Shown here piece by piece: positions 35,982 to 45,665 of a stretch of DNA of 64,000 bases. Each line of letters begins with the position of its first letter. Positions within the stretch are counted from its first letter, which is position 1. A program made the position numbers and the translations under genes. The stretch comes from Planctomycetota bacterium (GTDB taxonomy: Bacteria; Planctomycetota; JAJSAM01; JAJVHW01), in assembly GCA_965248445.1 (NCBI GenBank), contig CBDFJG010000003.1, positions 96,001 to 160,000 of the forward strand. Direction: 5' to 3'. The notes beneath the pieces are model-generated. The model ran no database searches. It worked only from the letters and a program-made list of their open reading frames with translations, and was not told where the DNA came from.

Positions 35982-36195
35982 CTCATCCTCCGGTAGTCGT
36001 GCTCCGTTGCCGGGAGCGAACTGGGTTAGCGAGGACGAGTCTGCCCGATCGTCAGGTGACAATCAAGGGCGCGTCGCGGGGTTTCGAGTCACCCCGTAGG
36101 GGTGGAAATCGTGAGGTGTGCCGGAACCGCCGCAGGTGCTAACCCAGTTCCTCAAGACGAACGTCCGGAGGGTGCAGCGGCCCGGCGAGGCGAGT

Positions 36196-36426
36196 CTACG
36201 CGACGGGCGAGGAGTCTACGTCCGCCCAGAACCGACCGCAGCGGGCGGCGTGCTGGTCCGTCCACTCGCGGCGCGTGCGCAGCCACTCGGCAAACGAGGG
36301 AGAGCTCCGCATCGTCGGCGGGCCCTTGACGGCCTCCCTCAAGATGGCCGCCTGCTCCTCGACCTGCGCACGGGTCCAGCCCATGAGTTCGGCTTCGCGG
36401 TCGAGGAAGTCGTCGCGCTCGCTCAT
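36196..36426 (-). CDS. phage hypothetical protein
   Basis: small ORF with GC3 bias. Confidence 0.5.
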   Translation of the reverse strand: MSERDDFLDREAELMGWTRAQVEEQAAILREAVKGPPTMRSSPSFAEWLRTRREWTDQHAARCGRFWADVDSSPVA

Positions 36427-36799
36427 CGCAAGCGAGTCTACAGGGCGGGACCGAGGCCAGCCGGGGGCAGCAACGTCGGCTCACAAGACCGATCCCCGTC
36501 CACCCGTGCGCGCGACCAGACCCAGGGTGACACGCAAGGGTGTGCCGCTGACCGGCTCGGGCCGTGTTGCCCAGCAAGGACTTACGTCGGTCGGCCAGGT
36601 GACACGGAACCGTTCGCTTGATGGCCACCCCTGTCGAGGCTGCCCAGGCTCGGGCCCCCACCCCCGGGAGGCCACCCCCCTGCCCCCCGTCTCCCCTCAT
36701 AGGGGACCCCTCCCCCCGGGGATCGCTGACGATTGGAGTACTCGGCGGCGCCGAGGCTGTGGAGGCCCGATTTCGTCGAGCACGAGCCTGCGGGGTGGA

Positions 36800-37006
36800 T
36801 CAGTCGGTGACGCCGTCGGGGAGGAGCCCGATCTCGGCGTCAAGGACGGGCGCGTCGACTGTGATGGAGTAGATGTCGGCGGCGAACTGCTTGGCGGAGA
36901 AGGGCCACGCGGGCTGCGCGTCGGGCCCGGCGACGGTGGCGGTGGCTGCGTCGCGGGCTCTGATGAGGGCTTCGCGGAGTCGCTTCTCGGCGTCCGGGCT
37001 GCTCAT
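36800..37006 (-). CDS. phage hypothetical protein
   Basis: small ORF MSSPDAEKRL... Confidence 0.45.
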   Translation of the reverse strand: MSSPDAEKRLREALIRARDAATATVAGPDAQPAWPFSAKQFAADIYSITVDAPVLDAEIGLLPDGVTD

Positions 37007-37185
37007 GGTCTCGATGATATCTGTTTCGCGGGCGCTGCTCCGCCTTCCCAGCGTCTTCGCGAGGCATCGATACCGCACCGGGGGGACAGCTTCGCGTGAC
37101 TTACGCTCGTCGTGGAATCCGCAAGCTCTGTCCGGCGTTCGGGTTACGATTTTCTGAGATTCCCTAAGTCCCGGAGGGCTTGACG

Positions 37186-37503
37186 ATGGCACGCACGGTG
37201 AAGGTCGGCGACGCAGTCGAGCTGGTCGAGAGGCCCGGCTTGGACCCGGTACCGGCGACGGTGCTCGGTGTGCACGAGGGCGTGGACGGTCAGATCGTGG
37301 ACTTGCTGGTCGAGTGCTCGGTCCGTGGTCTGTCGTGGACGGAGCGTTCGGTGGGCCTCGAGGGGAGCCGTTACGCGGCGTCTCCTGCGAAGTGCTGGCG
37401 GTTCGGGGCGGTGCCGGATGGTCAGGCGATTCCGGCGGACAAGCCGGCGAAGCCTCGTGCGGCGAAGCGGTCTCGGAAGCGGAAGACTCCGGCCTCGAAG
37501 TAG
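37186..37503 (+). CDS. phage hypothetical protein with basic tail
   Basis: GGAGG RBS; first gene of the rightward late block. Confidence 0.6.
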   Translation: MARTVKVGDAVELVERPGLDPVPATVLGVHEGVDGQIVDLLVECSVRGLSWTERSVGLEGSRYAASPAKCWRFGAVPDGQAIPADKPAKPRAAKRSRKRKTPASK

Positions 37504-37862
37504 TGCTCACGCGCCGCGGACTGTTCGGTCGTGCGCTTCAGGCGGCGACTCTTGCGGCAACGGCGGCGGTCCTGCCCTCGGTGGTCGAACCGTCTCACGT
37601 GGAACACGCCGAGCGGACGATCGCGGACTGGCGACCGCGCGAGGACTACCACGTTATCGAGCTGCCGCGCGCGTGGGGGCCCTCCAAGCCGCCATCGGAG
37701 AACGGTGGGTGGGGCGTCGCCAACTACACACACGTGCGCCAGTTCGAGGAGCATCTCGGGCGCGTCGAGGACTGCATGACCTGCAAGATGCGCAACTTCC
37801 GGATGGGCCCGGCGCATGAGGACCACGTTGAGGAGATGTCCGGCCTGCGGGGTGTCGTGTGA
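37503..37862 (+). CDS. phage protein with twin-arginine-like N-terminus
   Basis: GTG start; MLTRRGLFG then hydrophobic stretch. Confidence 0.55.
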   Translation: MLTRRGLFGRALQAATLAATAAVLPSVVEPSHVEHAERTIADWRPREDYHVIELPRAWGPSKPPSENGGWGVANYTHVRQFEEHLGRVEDCMTCKMRNFRMGPAHEDHVEEMSGLRGVV

Positions 37863-38110
37863 GGCTCAGGGGCGCGACGTCCCAGCACCCCGCCTACGTG
37901 CGGCACAGTGCGCGGTGGGCGGTAGACGATTTCCCGCCGCCGAACGTGGCGTTCGAAGTGCACGACGGGAAGCCCGTGGACTGCTTGGAATGTCGCGAGG
38001 CGTGGCTTCTGGACCAGGCGCAAGACGAAGGCTACGAGTGCGTGCCGGGGGCGCCGTCTCTGTGGCTGGCGCGGAAGCGCGCGGAGTACCGTCGGGCGAT
38101 GAGCGGATGA
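37859..38110 (+). CDS. phage hypothetical protein
   Basis: GTGA overlap; CLEC. Confidence 0.5.
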   Translation: MRLRGATSQHPAYVRHSARWAVDDFPPPNVAFEVHDGKPVDCLECREAWLLDQAQDEGYECVPGAPSLWLARKRAEYRRAMSG

Positions 38111-38889
38111 TGAAGTTGCACGAACCCGGGATTGGCGTTTCGGACGGTCAGGTGCACCGGAGCGAGCGCGCCGTGACGGTGCGCGGCGACTGGAGCGCGT
38201 GGTTCGCCGGGATGTCGAAGGGCGCCGAGGGCCCGGAGACGCCGCTCGCGCGTGAGTTCACGGACTACCGGGACTCCGGTGGCGAGGGGGACCTGCCGAC
38301 CTGGATGCTCATCGGGCCCGCGCAGAAGCGCGTCCGCGGCTGGCCCGGCAAGTATGTCTCCGCCGAGGAGTTTCGTGGGTCGATGCCTGTGACGTTCCCG
38401 CTCCGCCTACCGGGTATGAGCGAGGCGGCGAAGGCGTACTTTGATCGACACAATGGCCCGCTCACGGTCGACATCCCCGCCGAGGAGATGGACACCGACG
38501 AGGTCGCGCTGCTCGCTGAGGGCGAGACCAAGTCGGTGCTCTACCGTCGGCTCCCGGGCGGGGACTACGAACGGGTGGTGGGCCCGTACGAATTCCGGAA
38601 GGGGCCGGTGCCCGGGTCGGCCGGCGCCTCCTTGACCGAGCAGATCATGCAGGGCATCACCGCGCGGTCGGAGCGCATGACGTTCCCGCTCCCGGAGCCG
38701 TCGATGACAGACGAACTCCGCAAGATCCTCGATCAGCAGCGGAACGCGGTCTCGGCGTTGCGCGTGGACGAGTGCGTTCCGGTCCCGCCGCCGGAGGGGT
38801 TCGCGCGGTGCCGCGCTTGCGGGCACCGCGCGGGCCGTGCGCACGGCGATTGCTACTTCACCGGCTACGTCACGAGCTGGCACGCATGA
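38107..38889 (+). CDS. phage hypothetical protein
   Basis: ATGA overlaps; C-terminal CxxCxH..HxxC. Confidence 0.6.
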   Translation: MMKLHEPGIGVSDGQVHRSERAVTVRGDWSAWFAGMSKGAEGPETPLAREFTDYRDSGGEGDLPTWMLIGPAQKRVRGWPGKYVSAEEFRGSMPVTFPLRLPGMSEAAKAYFDRHNGPLTVDIPAEEMDTDEVALLAEGETKSVLYRRLPGGDYERVVGPYEFRKGPVPGSAGASLTEQIMQGITARSERMTFPLPEPSMTDELRKILDQQRNAVSALRVDECVPVPPPEGFARCRACGHRAGRAHGDCYFTGYVTSWHA

Positions 38890-39209
38890 CCCCGAACCCC
38901 TGCGCGTTCTGCAACGGCGGCGAGGGTCCGTTCGACGTGGCGGCCGCGAGCGACCATCTGATCTCGGCCGTGAAGGCGAGCGTCAGCGCCGGCCACGACC
39001 GACCGGGAACGGCCGAGAACCTGTGGCTCGCGCTCGTCGAAGTTAACGGCTGCGACTTCTCTTCCAAAAAGGCCGCTGCCGGGCTGGTGGACGCGATCGA
39101 GCGGCACGTCCTGCCGAACCTGCTCCAGGGTGGGTACCGGCGCGTGGCGTACGGACTCCGGGACACGATTGACGCGGCACGAGGATCGTTCGCGAATGTC
39201 GCAGTCTGA
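38886..39209 (+). CDS. phage hypothetical protein
   Basis: ATGA overlap. Confidence 0.55.
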   Translation: MTPNPCAFCNGGEGPFDVAAASDHLISAVKASVSAGHDRPGTAENLWLALVEVNGCDFSSKKAAAGLVDAIERHVLPNLLQGGYRRVAYGLRDTIDAARGSFANVAV

Positions 39210-39606
39210 CGAGCGCCTGACGACACCGCAGCTCCGCAAGAAGGCTCTGGAGATCGGTGATCGTCTCCAGATCGCCATTCTCGACGCCGATCGCGAGGAG
39301 GAGATCGCGGCTCGCCTCCGTGCCGAGCGCGACCCGAACGCGGACCCGATGTCGAAGGAAGACTTGCGTCGCACGAGCCAGATCATGAAGCACGTGGAGA
39401 ACGCGGCTCGGTTGCTTCGTGCTGCGCACCGCGCGCGGCGAGCGGGTCGGCAGATCGACATCCTGCTCAGTCCAGCGAAGCGTGCAGCGAGACGCGCGCG
39501 TTCGAGGCCCAAGGTGACGCCCGACGATGCGGTGACGCTGCGACTCCTCGAGCGCAAGAGGCAGCGCGAAGCTGAGAACGCTGGCGATGGCGCGCGCGAA
39601 GGCTAA
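39196..39606 (+). CDS. hypothetical helical protein, possible terminase small subunit
   Basis: position immediately before TerL only. Confidence 0.45.
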   Translation: MSQSDERLTTPQLRKKALEIGDRLQIAILDADREEEIAARLRAERDPNADPMSKEDLRRTSQIMKHVENAARLLRAAHRARRAGRQIDILLSPAKRAARRARSRPKVTPDDAVTLRLLERKRQREAENAGDGAREG

Positions 39607-41458
39607 GACCCGCGAGACGCCGGCGCCGCAGCTTTCCGACGAGGCGAGGGACGTTCACGAGGCACTCGCGTCGCGTGACCGCACGTCGATCAAGGAGTTC
39701 GTCGAGAGCTTCCCGGTGCTGCAGAAGCGCGTCGACAAGAAGACCGGAAGCGCAATGGTCTCGTTCACCGAGCGCGACGCGCAGGAGACCATCCGAGCCG
39801 CGATCGAGCAGTGCTGGGAGGAGGGTTTCGGCGCGAAGATCGTCTGCCTGAAGGACCGACAGCAAGGCATCAGCGAGATCATCTGCCGGATCTTCCTAGA
39901 GCGTCTGCTCCGCGGCGGCGGCGGCTTTGCGCGTGTCATCGCGCAGAAGGATCAGGCGACCGAGGGTCTCCTCGAGCGGATGCTCTTCATCCAGGAGAAG
40001 GTGCCGGACGCGACGATGACGGCGCTCGGTGCGACGCTCGACTGGAAGCGCAAGGACGAGGGCTTCGGGTTCACGTTCGCCGACGGCAACAGGAGCGCGA
40101 TCAAGATCCAGACGGCGCGCGACGACGCCTTCGGGCGCAGCGCCGCGGTGCGCTGGCTGTGGTTCTCCGAGTACCCGTGGTGGAAGACGGGGCACGACAA
40201 GCTCGACGGTCTGACCGAAGCGTGGGAGGACGCGCCCGGCAACATCTGCATCTTCGAGTTCACCGGCAAGACGTTCGACCACGGCTACGACGTGGTGGTG
40301 CGCGCGAAGGAGGGCCGGTCGGGGTTCCTGTTCATCTTCTTCTCGTGGCTCACCCACCCGGACAAGCGCCGGCGGTTCAGGAGCGAGAAGCAGCGCGCGG
40401 AGTTCGAGGAGTCGGTCGGCAAGATCGAGACGTACGGGATCGCCGAGGAGGTCATCCTCCAGGAAGAGCACAGCGCGACGCTGGAGCAACTGCACTGGCG
40501 GCGCGTGACGATCGACGGGCCGGGCTTCAACGGCGACATCGAGAAGTTCAAGCGCGAGCACCCGACGGTCTGGTCTGACGCATTCCTGGCTGAAGACACG
40601 CAGCTCTACAAGGTCGAGCTGCTCAAGCGGTGGCTGCCGCTCGGCGAGAAACTGCAGCGCACGTCGCCTCGCGGCGACTTCGACATGCGCGACGATCTCG
40701 TTGAGTTCCACAAGGATCGCCGCGGTCGCTGGCTCATCCTGGAAGAGCCGACGGAGGGCATCGTCTACGCATTCGGCGCCGACCCCGCGGCCGGCAAGCG
40801 CGTGCAGGCGGACGGGCGGCCGAAGGGTGATCTGTCGGTCATCCAGATCCGCGAGGTGCTCACGCGCAAGGTCGTCGCGATGTGCTCGGGGTACATCGAG
40901 CCGGACGAGTTCGGGCGTGAGGTCGTGCGTGGTTCGGCGTACTACGGCGAGGCGCGCGGCTACGTCGAGGCGAACAACCACGGGATTTCGGTCATCGACG
41001 AGATCGAGCGGCTCGAGAGGTCCCACATTCTGCTCGCGCGGCGGCGACCCGAGGTGACGGACGCGGGCAAGCGGTGGCATCGCGCGCCGGGCTTCCTGTC
41101 GACGAAGAACAGCAAGGTCTACGCGGTCGACCTGTCACGGCGGTGGGTGCGCAACCTTCAGCCCCCGCGTGAGGGCGAGCGCGGCGTGCTGCCTGCGTCG
41201 ACGATCATGCAGATGATGCGCTACAGCCGCTTGGGATCCCGTGGGCAGAGCATGGGCGCGACGGTCGGGCACGACGACGAAGTGTCGGCCGACTACCTGT
41301 GCCACGCGGCGATCGAGATGATCCTGCCGATGGTGGACACCATGTCAACGGTGCCGACTCGGCTGACGGTCGAGGAGCGGTACATCCTGCAGGGCGACAT
41401 CGAAGAACTGGCGAAGGGCGGGGGGTTCCCCGACCGCGACCTGGGAGCGGGGTACTGA
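39587..41458 (+). CDS. terL: terminase large subunit
   Basis: LKDRQQGISE (KxRQxG-type Walker A), WFSE Walker B, nuclease GADPA..DLS, VEANNHG, HDDEV. Confidence 0.88.
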   Translation: MARAKAKTRETPAPQLSDEARDVHEALASRDRTSIKEFVESFPVLQKRVDKKTGSAMVSFTERDAQETIRAAIEQCWEEGFGAKIVCLKDRQQGISEIICRIFLERLLRGGGGFARVIAQKDQATEGLLERMLFIQEKVPDATMTALGATLDWKRKDEGFGFTFADGNRSAIKIQTARDDAFGRSAAVRWLWFSEYPWWKTGHDKLDGLTEAWEDAPGNICIFEFTGKTFDHGYDVVVRAKEGRSGFLFIFFSWLTHPDKRRRFRSEKQRAEFEESVGKIETYGIAEEVILQEEHSATLEQLHWRRVTIDGPGFNGDIEKFKREHPTVWSDAFLAEDTQLYKVELLKRWLPLGEKLQRTSPRGDFDMRDDLVEFHKDRRGRWLILEEPTEGIVYAFGADPAAGKRVQADGRPKGDLSVIQIREVLTRKVVAMCSGYIEPDEFGREVVRGSAYYGEARGYVEANNHGISVIDEIERLERSHILLARRRPEVTDAGKRWHRAPGFLSTKNSKVYAVDLSRRWVRNLQPPREGERGVLPASTIMQMMRYSRLGSRGQSMGATVGHDDEVSADYLCHAAIEMILPMVDTMSTVPTRLTVEERYILQGDIEELAKGGGFPDRDLGAGY

Positions 41459-41585
41459 TGGATCGCTGCCGATGTGGGACGCGCTCGCAACCGTGCGTGC
41501 ACGATGCGGAAGACGCCGCGCTGGAGCACGCCTACCGGCTCCTACTCGTACTCACCCTGTGCGGGGCTCGGCTCCCCGGGAGGAC

Positions 41586-42128
41586 ATGATGCTGTACGAA
41601 GCGATGATCCTGGCGGTGGGGCTCGTGCTCCTGGGCGTGCTGGTGACGGCGGCGGTGCTACACGCGCTGCGCGCCGAGCGAGCGATCCAGCGGGAGTTCG
41701 TCGTGGTGCAGCAGGCGCTCCAGCGAGAGATGCTCGTCAAGCTCGTTGAGTCGAGCGAGATGGAGGGGCGTCTCGCGAGGGCGCAGCTCGTGCGGATCTC
41801 GAAGGGCATGGTCGTGCTCGCCCGCGCCGTCCGCTACGCCGCCAAGGCCCGCGCCGGACTTCTCGTATCACGGAAACCCGTCGGCGAGGACGCCAAGGAC
41901 GAGAAGGTGATGAAGTCGTGGCGGGCGGGCTTCGGCCAGCACGCCGACGACGACGACGCCCTCGAGGTCGAGTGGGCGCTGCGCCGGCGACGCGGCGAGG
42001 ACGTGGATCAGGGTCCGCTCTCCGAGGCGAACGCGATCCTGGCGCGGTTCCGCGTGTTCCCCGAGGACGAGGAGCACGCGCATCTGCCGGTGGATCCGCG
42101 TCGGCCACTCACGAGCGCCGGGAAGTAA
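41586..42128 (+). CDS. phage membrane-anchored coiled-coil protein
   Basis: GGAGG RBS, N-terminal TM. Confidence 0.65.
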   Translation: MMLYEAMILAVGLVLLGVLVTAAVLHALRAERAIQREFVVVQQALQREMLVKLVESSEMEGRLARAQLVRISKGMVVLARAVRYAAKARAGLLVSRKPVGEDAKDEKVMKSWRAGFGQHADDDDALEVEWALRRRRGEDVDQGPLSEANAILARFRVFPEDEEHAHLPVDPRRPLTSAGK

Positions 42129-42259
42129 AAGACCGTCCCGTTTCTTGGACTGGGCAGGCTCGCCAACGCGCGCCTGCGCGCGAGGGATCGACGTAACTCC
42201 TTTCTCTACAACAACTTGTGAGTGTCACCTCGGGATGTAAACTCCCCGGCGTGGTACAG

Positions 42260-44398
42260 ATGACCAGCTCCCTGGCGGACGCCCGTCCAGAAAACGAGAC
42301 GGGGCGCAAGCAGCCAGTCGACCTGTTCGCGGCTCTAGCCGAGCCTGACGCCGACAAGCGCGCCGCCCATCTCGACGAGGTCGTGGGCCAGTGGGATCGG
42401 GCGATGGACCCGCAGCGCCGCGTCTGGATCGAGTGCGACGGCATGACGTACCACGACCAATTCGGTCGGTACGACTCCGTCGCGCGCTCCTGGGTCCCGC
42501 GCCGCAAGGCGCCCTCGACCAAGGTCACGAGGATGGAGATCAACCTCATCCTCTCCTTCGTCGAGCAGATCGTCGCGATCCACACCGCCGAGAAGCTGAA
42601 CCTCCGCGTGACCGCGTCGTCCTCAGAGGGCCGCGACGCCGCCGCCTCCCGCACCGCCGACAAGCTGCTCTGGCATCTGTGGGAGAAGCTCGACATGGAG
42701 CGGATCCGGCAGGAGGTCATCGCCGGGTCGACCGTCGTCGGGACGTGGTTCGTTCATCCGCAGTGGGATTCGTCGATCGGGCCGGAGGTCGAGCGCGTCG
42801 TCGCACGCGACGAGAACGGTCAGGAGTTCGAGCCCGAGAACCTGGAGGACATCCTCCGCGCGACCGAGATCGAGTTCGTCAAGGAGCGCGCCGGCGACGC
42901 GATCGTGGAGATCCTCACGGCGTACGAGTGCGGCTTCTCACCCGACACCGGGTCATCGGCTGGCCTCGCGATGTACGCCCGCCGCCAGCTCGCGCTCGGC
43001 GCGATGCAGCAGAACCCGCTGCTCGATCAGAAGAAGGTCAAGAACCTCGTCCCGTCGGAGACCACGGGGTTTGAGGGCGCCGAGTTCACGAACCGCCGCA
43101 AGGTGATGACGCCGCGCTCCGACGCGCCCGAGACGCACACCGACAGCTACACCGGCCGCCAGGGCGTCATCGTCACGGATCTCTACATCCGCGCGACGAC
43201 GGAGTACCCGCGCGGGCGCCGGCTTGTCTTCGCCGAGGGCTCGATGCTCTACGAGGGCGGCAACCCTCGCTACCACGACAACCCGGCCGCCGAGACGCCG
43301 CAGTGGCCGTTCCCGATCTTCCCGTTCAAGGACATCTCGGTCCCGGGCGTGGCGTGGGGACAGGGCAGCGTCGTGCGGCTCATCCCGCCGCAGAAGTCGG
43401 TGAACGGCAACTACTCCAAGGGGATGCACATCATCAAGAAGGTCGCGCACGCGACCCTCGTGCACCCCGCCGGGATCAAGGTCCCCAAGAGCGACGCGCC
43501 GGATCAGAAGATCGCGATTCACCCGTCGATGCCGGTCGACGTGGTGAAGTACCTGCAGAGCCCGCAGTTCCCGAACGAGCTGCCGCAGTTCATCAACATC
43601 GCCGTCGGCTTCATGGAGCGGATCGCCGGCGTCAACCCCTCGACGCAAGGCATCGCCCCGACGAAGGGCGCGAGCGGCAAGCTCACCGAGGCGCTGCAGG
43701 GGCAGGACATGCAGCGGCGTTCGCCGAAGCAGAACCTCTACACGCGGCAGCTCGCGCAAGTCATGGGCTACCTGCTCCAGCTCTTCCAGCGGCACGCCGA
43801 CACCGAGCGCACGGTGACGATCGTCGGAGAGAACGGGCGCGCTGACGTGCTCGCGTTCGACGAGGCGTTCATGGGCTCGAGCATCGACGTGCGCGTGTAC
43901 GACGACTTCGCGCGGCCCCGTGACCCTGCGCGCCGCATCCTCTACGCGCGCGGCATGGTCGACATGGGGCTCCTAAACCCCGCGACGAACCCGGACGATC
44001 GCGCCGTCATGCTGCAGTTGCTCGGCGGCGTGAGCGAGCTCGAGCGGTTCGAGGACTTCGCGCTGCGCAGCGACCGTGAGAAGCAGCGGCGCGAGAATCT
44101 GCGGCTCTACAAGGGCGAGCAGAGCATCCCGGACTTCTGGGAGAACGACGGCGATCACCTCGCGGTGCTGTTCACAGAAATGAACAGCGAGGAGTGGCGG
44201 ACTGCGACGACACCGCAGCCCGACGATTCACCCGAGGCGGCCGCGCAGAAGCAGGCGGTGCGCACCGCGTTCATCATGCACGCGCAGCACCACCTCAACC
44301 AGCAGCAGGGCAAGGCAGGACTGCAATCGCCCGACGGACCAGCGGCGGCCGCAGCTCCACAACCACAGTCGGCAGGACCGCCGGCGGCGGGAGTCTGA
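42260..44398 (+). CDS. portal protein
   Basis: ~710 aa after TerL; INLI..FVEQ, WGQGSV..LIPPQK.VN, ERIAGVN, Q-rich tail typical of P22-like portals. Confidence 0.8.
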   Translation: MTSSLADARPENETGRKQPVDLFAALAEPDADKRAAHLDEVVGQWDRAMDPQRRVWIECDGMTYHDQFGRYDSVARSWVPRRKAPSTKVTRMEINLILSFVEQIVAIHTAEKLNLRVTASSSEGRDAAASRTADKLLWHLWEKLDMERIRQEVIAGSTVVGTWFVHPQWDSSIGPEVERVVARDENGQEFEPENLEDILRATEIEFVKERAGDAIVEILTAYECGFSPDTGSSAGLAMYARRQLALGAMQQNPLLDQKKVKNLVPSETTGFEGAEFTNRRKVMTPRSDAPETHTDSYTGRQGVIVTDLYIRATTEYPRGRRLVFAEGSMLYEGGNPRYHDNPAAETPQWPFPIFPFKDISVPGVAWGQGSVVRLIPPQKSVNGNYSKGMHIIKKVAHATLVHPAGIKVPKSDAPDQKIAIHPSMPVDVVKYLQSPQFPNELPQFINIAVGFMERIAGVNPSTQGIAPTKGASGKLTEALQGQDMQRRSPKQNLYTRQLAQVMGYLLQLFQRHADTERTVTIVGENGRADVLAFDEAFMGSSIDVRVYDDFARPRDPARRILYARGMVDMGLLNPATNPDDRAVMLQLLGGVSELERFEDFALRSDREKQRRENLRLYKGEQSIPDFWENDGDHLAVLFTEMNSEEWRTATTPQPDDSPEAAAQKQAVRTAFIMHAQHHLNQQQGKAGLQSPDGPAAAAAPQPQSAGPPAAGV

Positions 44399-44399
44399 G

Positions 44400-45641
44400 A
44401 TGGCAGTGGAACGGGTAGACGAACCAGAGATCGGCGAGATGGACGACGAGTTCTACGCCTCGCCGGACGGGAAGAAAATGCTCGCCGAGTTGGCGGAGGA
44501 CGACCCGGAGTTCGTGCCGGAGCATCTGCGCAACAAGCCGGCCGACACGGACGACGACGCGGCGAAGAACACCGCGGACGACGATGACGACGACGCTGCC
44601 GACACCGACACGGACGACGACGCCACGCGCGCCGAAACGGACGATGACGATGCCGGTGAAGTCGACGACACGAGCGAGACGGACGACGAGACCGACGACT
44701 CGGAGGACACCGAGGAAGAAGGTTGGGACGTTCCGCTCACCGTTGCCGGCGAGGCGAAGAAGCGACGCATTCTCCGCAAGGCTCTCGACGACCCTGAGAG
44801 CCCGGAAGGGCGTGAGCTGATCGCCGCGCTTCAGAAGAGCGAAGACTACGACCGGAAGGGAGGCGCCCTCGACCAGGCCGCCGACCGGAAGGGATCCGAG
44901 ATCGCGGGGGACCACCTCGTCAAGCTCGGAGTCATGGTGCGGGGGCCGGAGGGCAACCTGCACTACTCGCCGCACTACCAAGCGTTCTACGCCGCGCAGC
45001 ACAACGGACAAGCGCAGCAGGCACAGACGCAGACCCCGCCACCCGACTACGCGGCACGGCTCGCTGCCGTGCGACAGAAGGTGCTCGATGACCCGAGCTC
45101 CGAGAACGTCGCGTCCGCGTTCGAGGGACAGGCCACGATCCTGCAGGAGCAGATCCGTGCGGAGCGGCACGCCGAAGCTCAACAGGCCCAGGCCGCCGCT
45201 GACAACCGGACTCAGCTCGAGCAGACGCGCGACACGATCACGACCACGATCAACGACGCGCTCGATGCTCAGAAGGACCGGTTCGTCCACCCCGTGACCG
45301 GGGCGGTCGACAAGGCGATGCAGGAGAGTGCCCGCGCGCGCGCCTTCACGGCGATCGCGCAGCACCGGGACCTCAAGGCGGGAGTGGCGGCAATTCAGCA
45401 AGTCGCGTCAGAGATGGACGAGCGGTACGCGCTCGTCCGCGATCTCGTGGCGAAGCTGAACGCTCAGAAGAAGCGCGGAGCGAAGCGCAAGAAGGCCGCT
45501 CCCGTGCTGGGCGGAGGCACCTCGAAGACGGGGGCCGCCGGCGGCACGAAGGAGCCCAAGTTCAACCCCAACAAGCCGTTCGAGGGCTACCAGGAGTGGG
45601 CCGAGAAGAACCTCTCGGCCGAAGAGATCGCTCAGTCCTGA
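44400..45641 (+). CDS. putative scaffolding protein
   Basis: D/E-rich N-terminus, coiled coil, basic C-terminus; lies between portal and capsid. Confidence 0.7.
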   Translation: MAVERVDEPEIGEMDDEFYASPDGKKMLAELAEDDPEFVPEHLRNKPADTDDDAAKNTADDDDDDAADTDTDDDATRAETDDDDAGEVDDTSETDDETDDSEDTEEEGWDVPLTVAGEAKKRRILRKALDDPESPEGRELIAALQKSEDYDRKGGALDQAADRKGSEIAGDHLVKLGVMVRGPEGNLHYSPHYQAFYAAQHNGQAQQAQTQTPPPDYAARLAAVRQKVLDDPSSENVASAFEGQATILQEQIRAERHAEAQQAQAAADNRTQLEQTRDTITTTINDALDAQKDRFVHPVTGAVDKAMQESARARAFTAIAQHRDLKAGVAAIQQVASEMDERYALVRDLVAKLNAQKKRGAKRKKAAPVLGGGTSKTGAAGGTKEPKFNPNKPFEGYQEWAEKNLSAEEIAQS

Positions 45642-45665
45642 TCGGCAGAAAGCAACACACCCACG

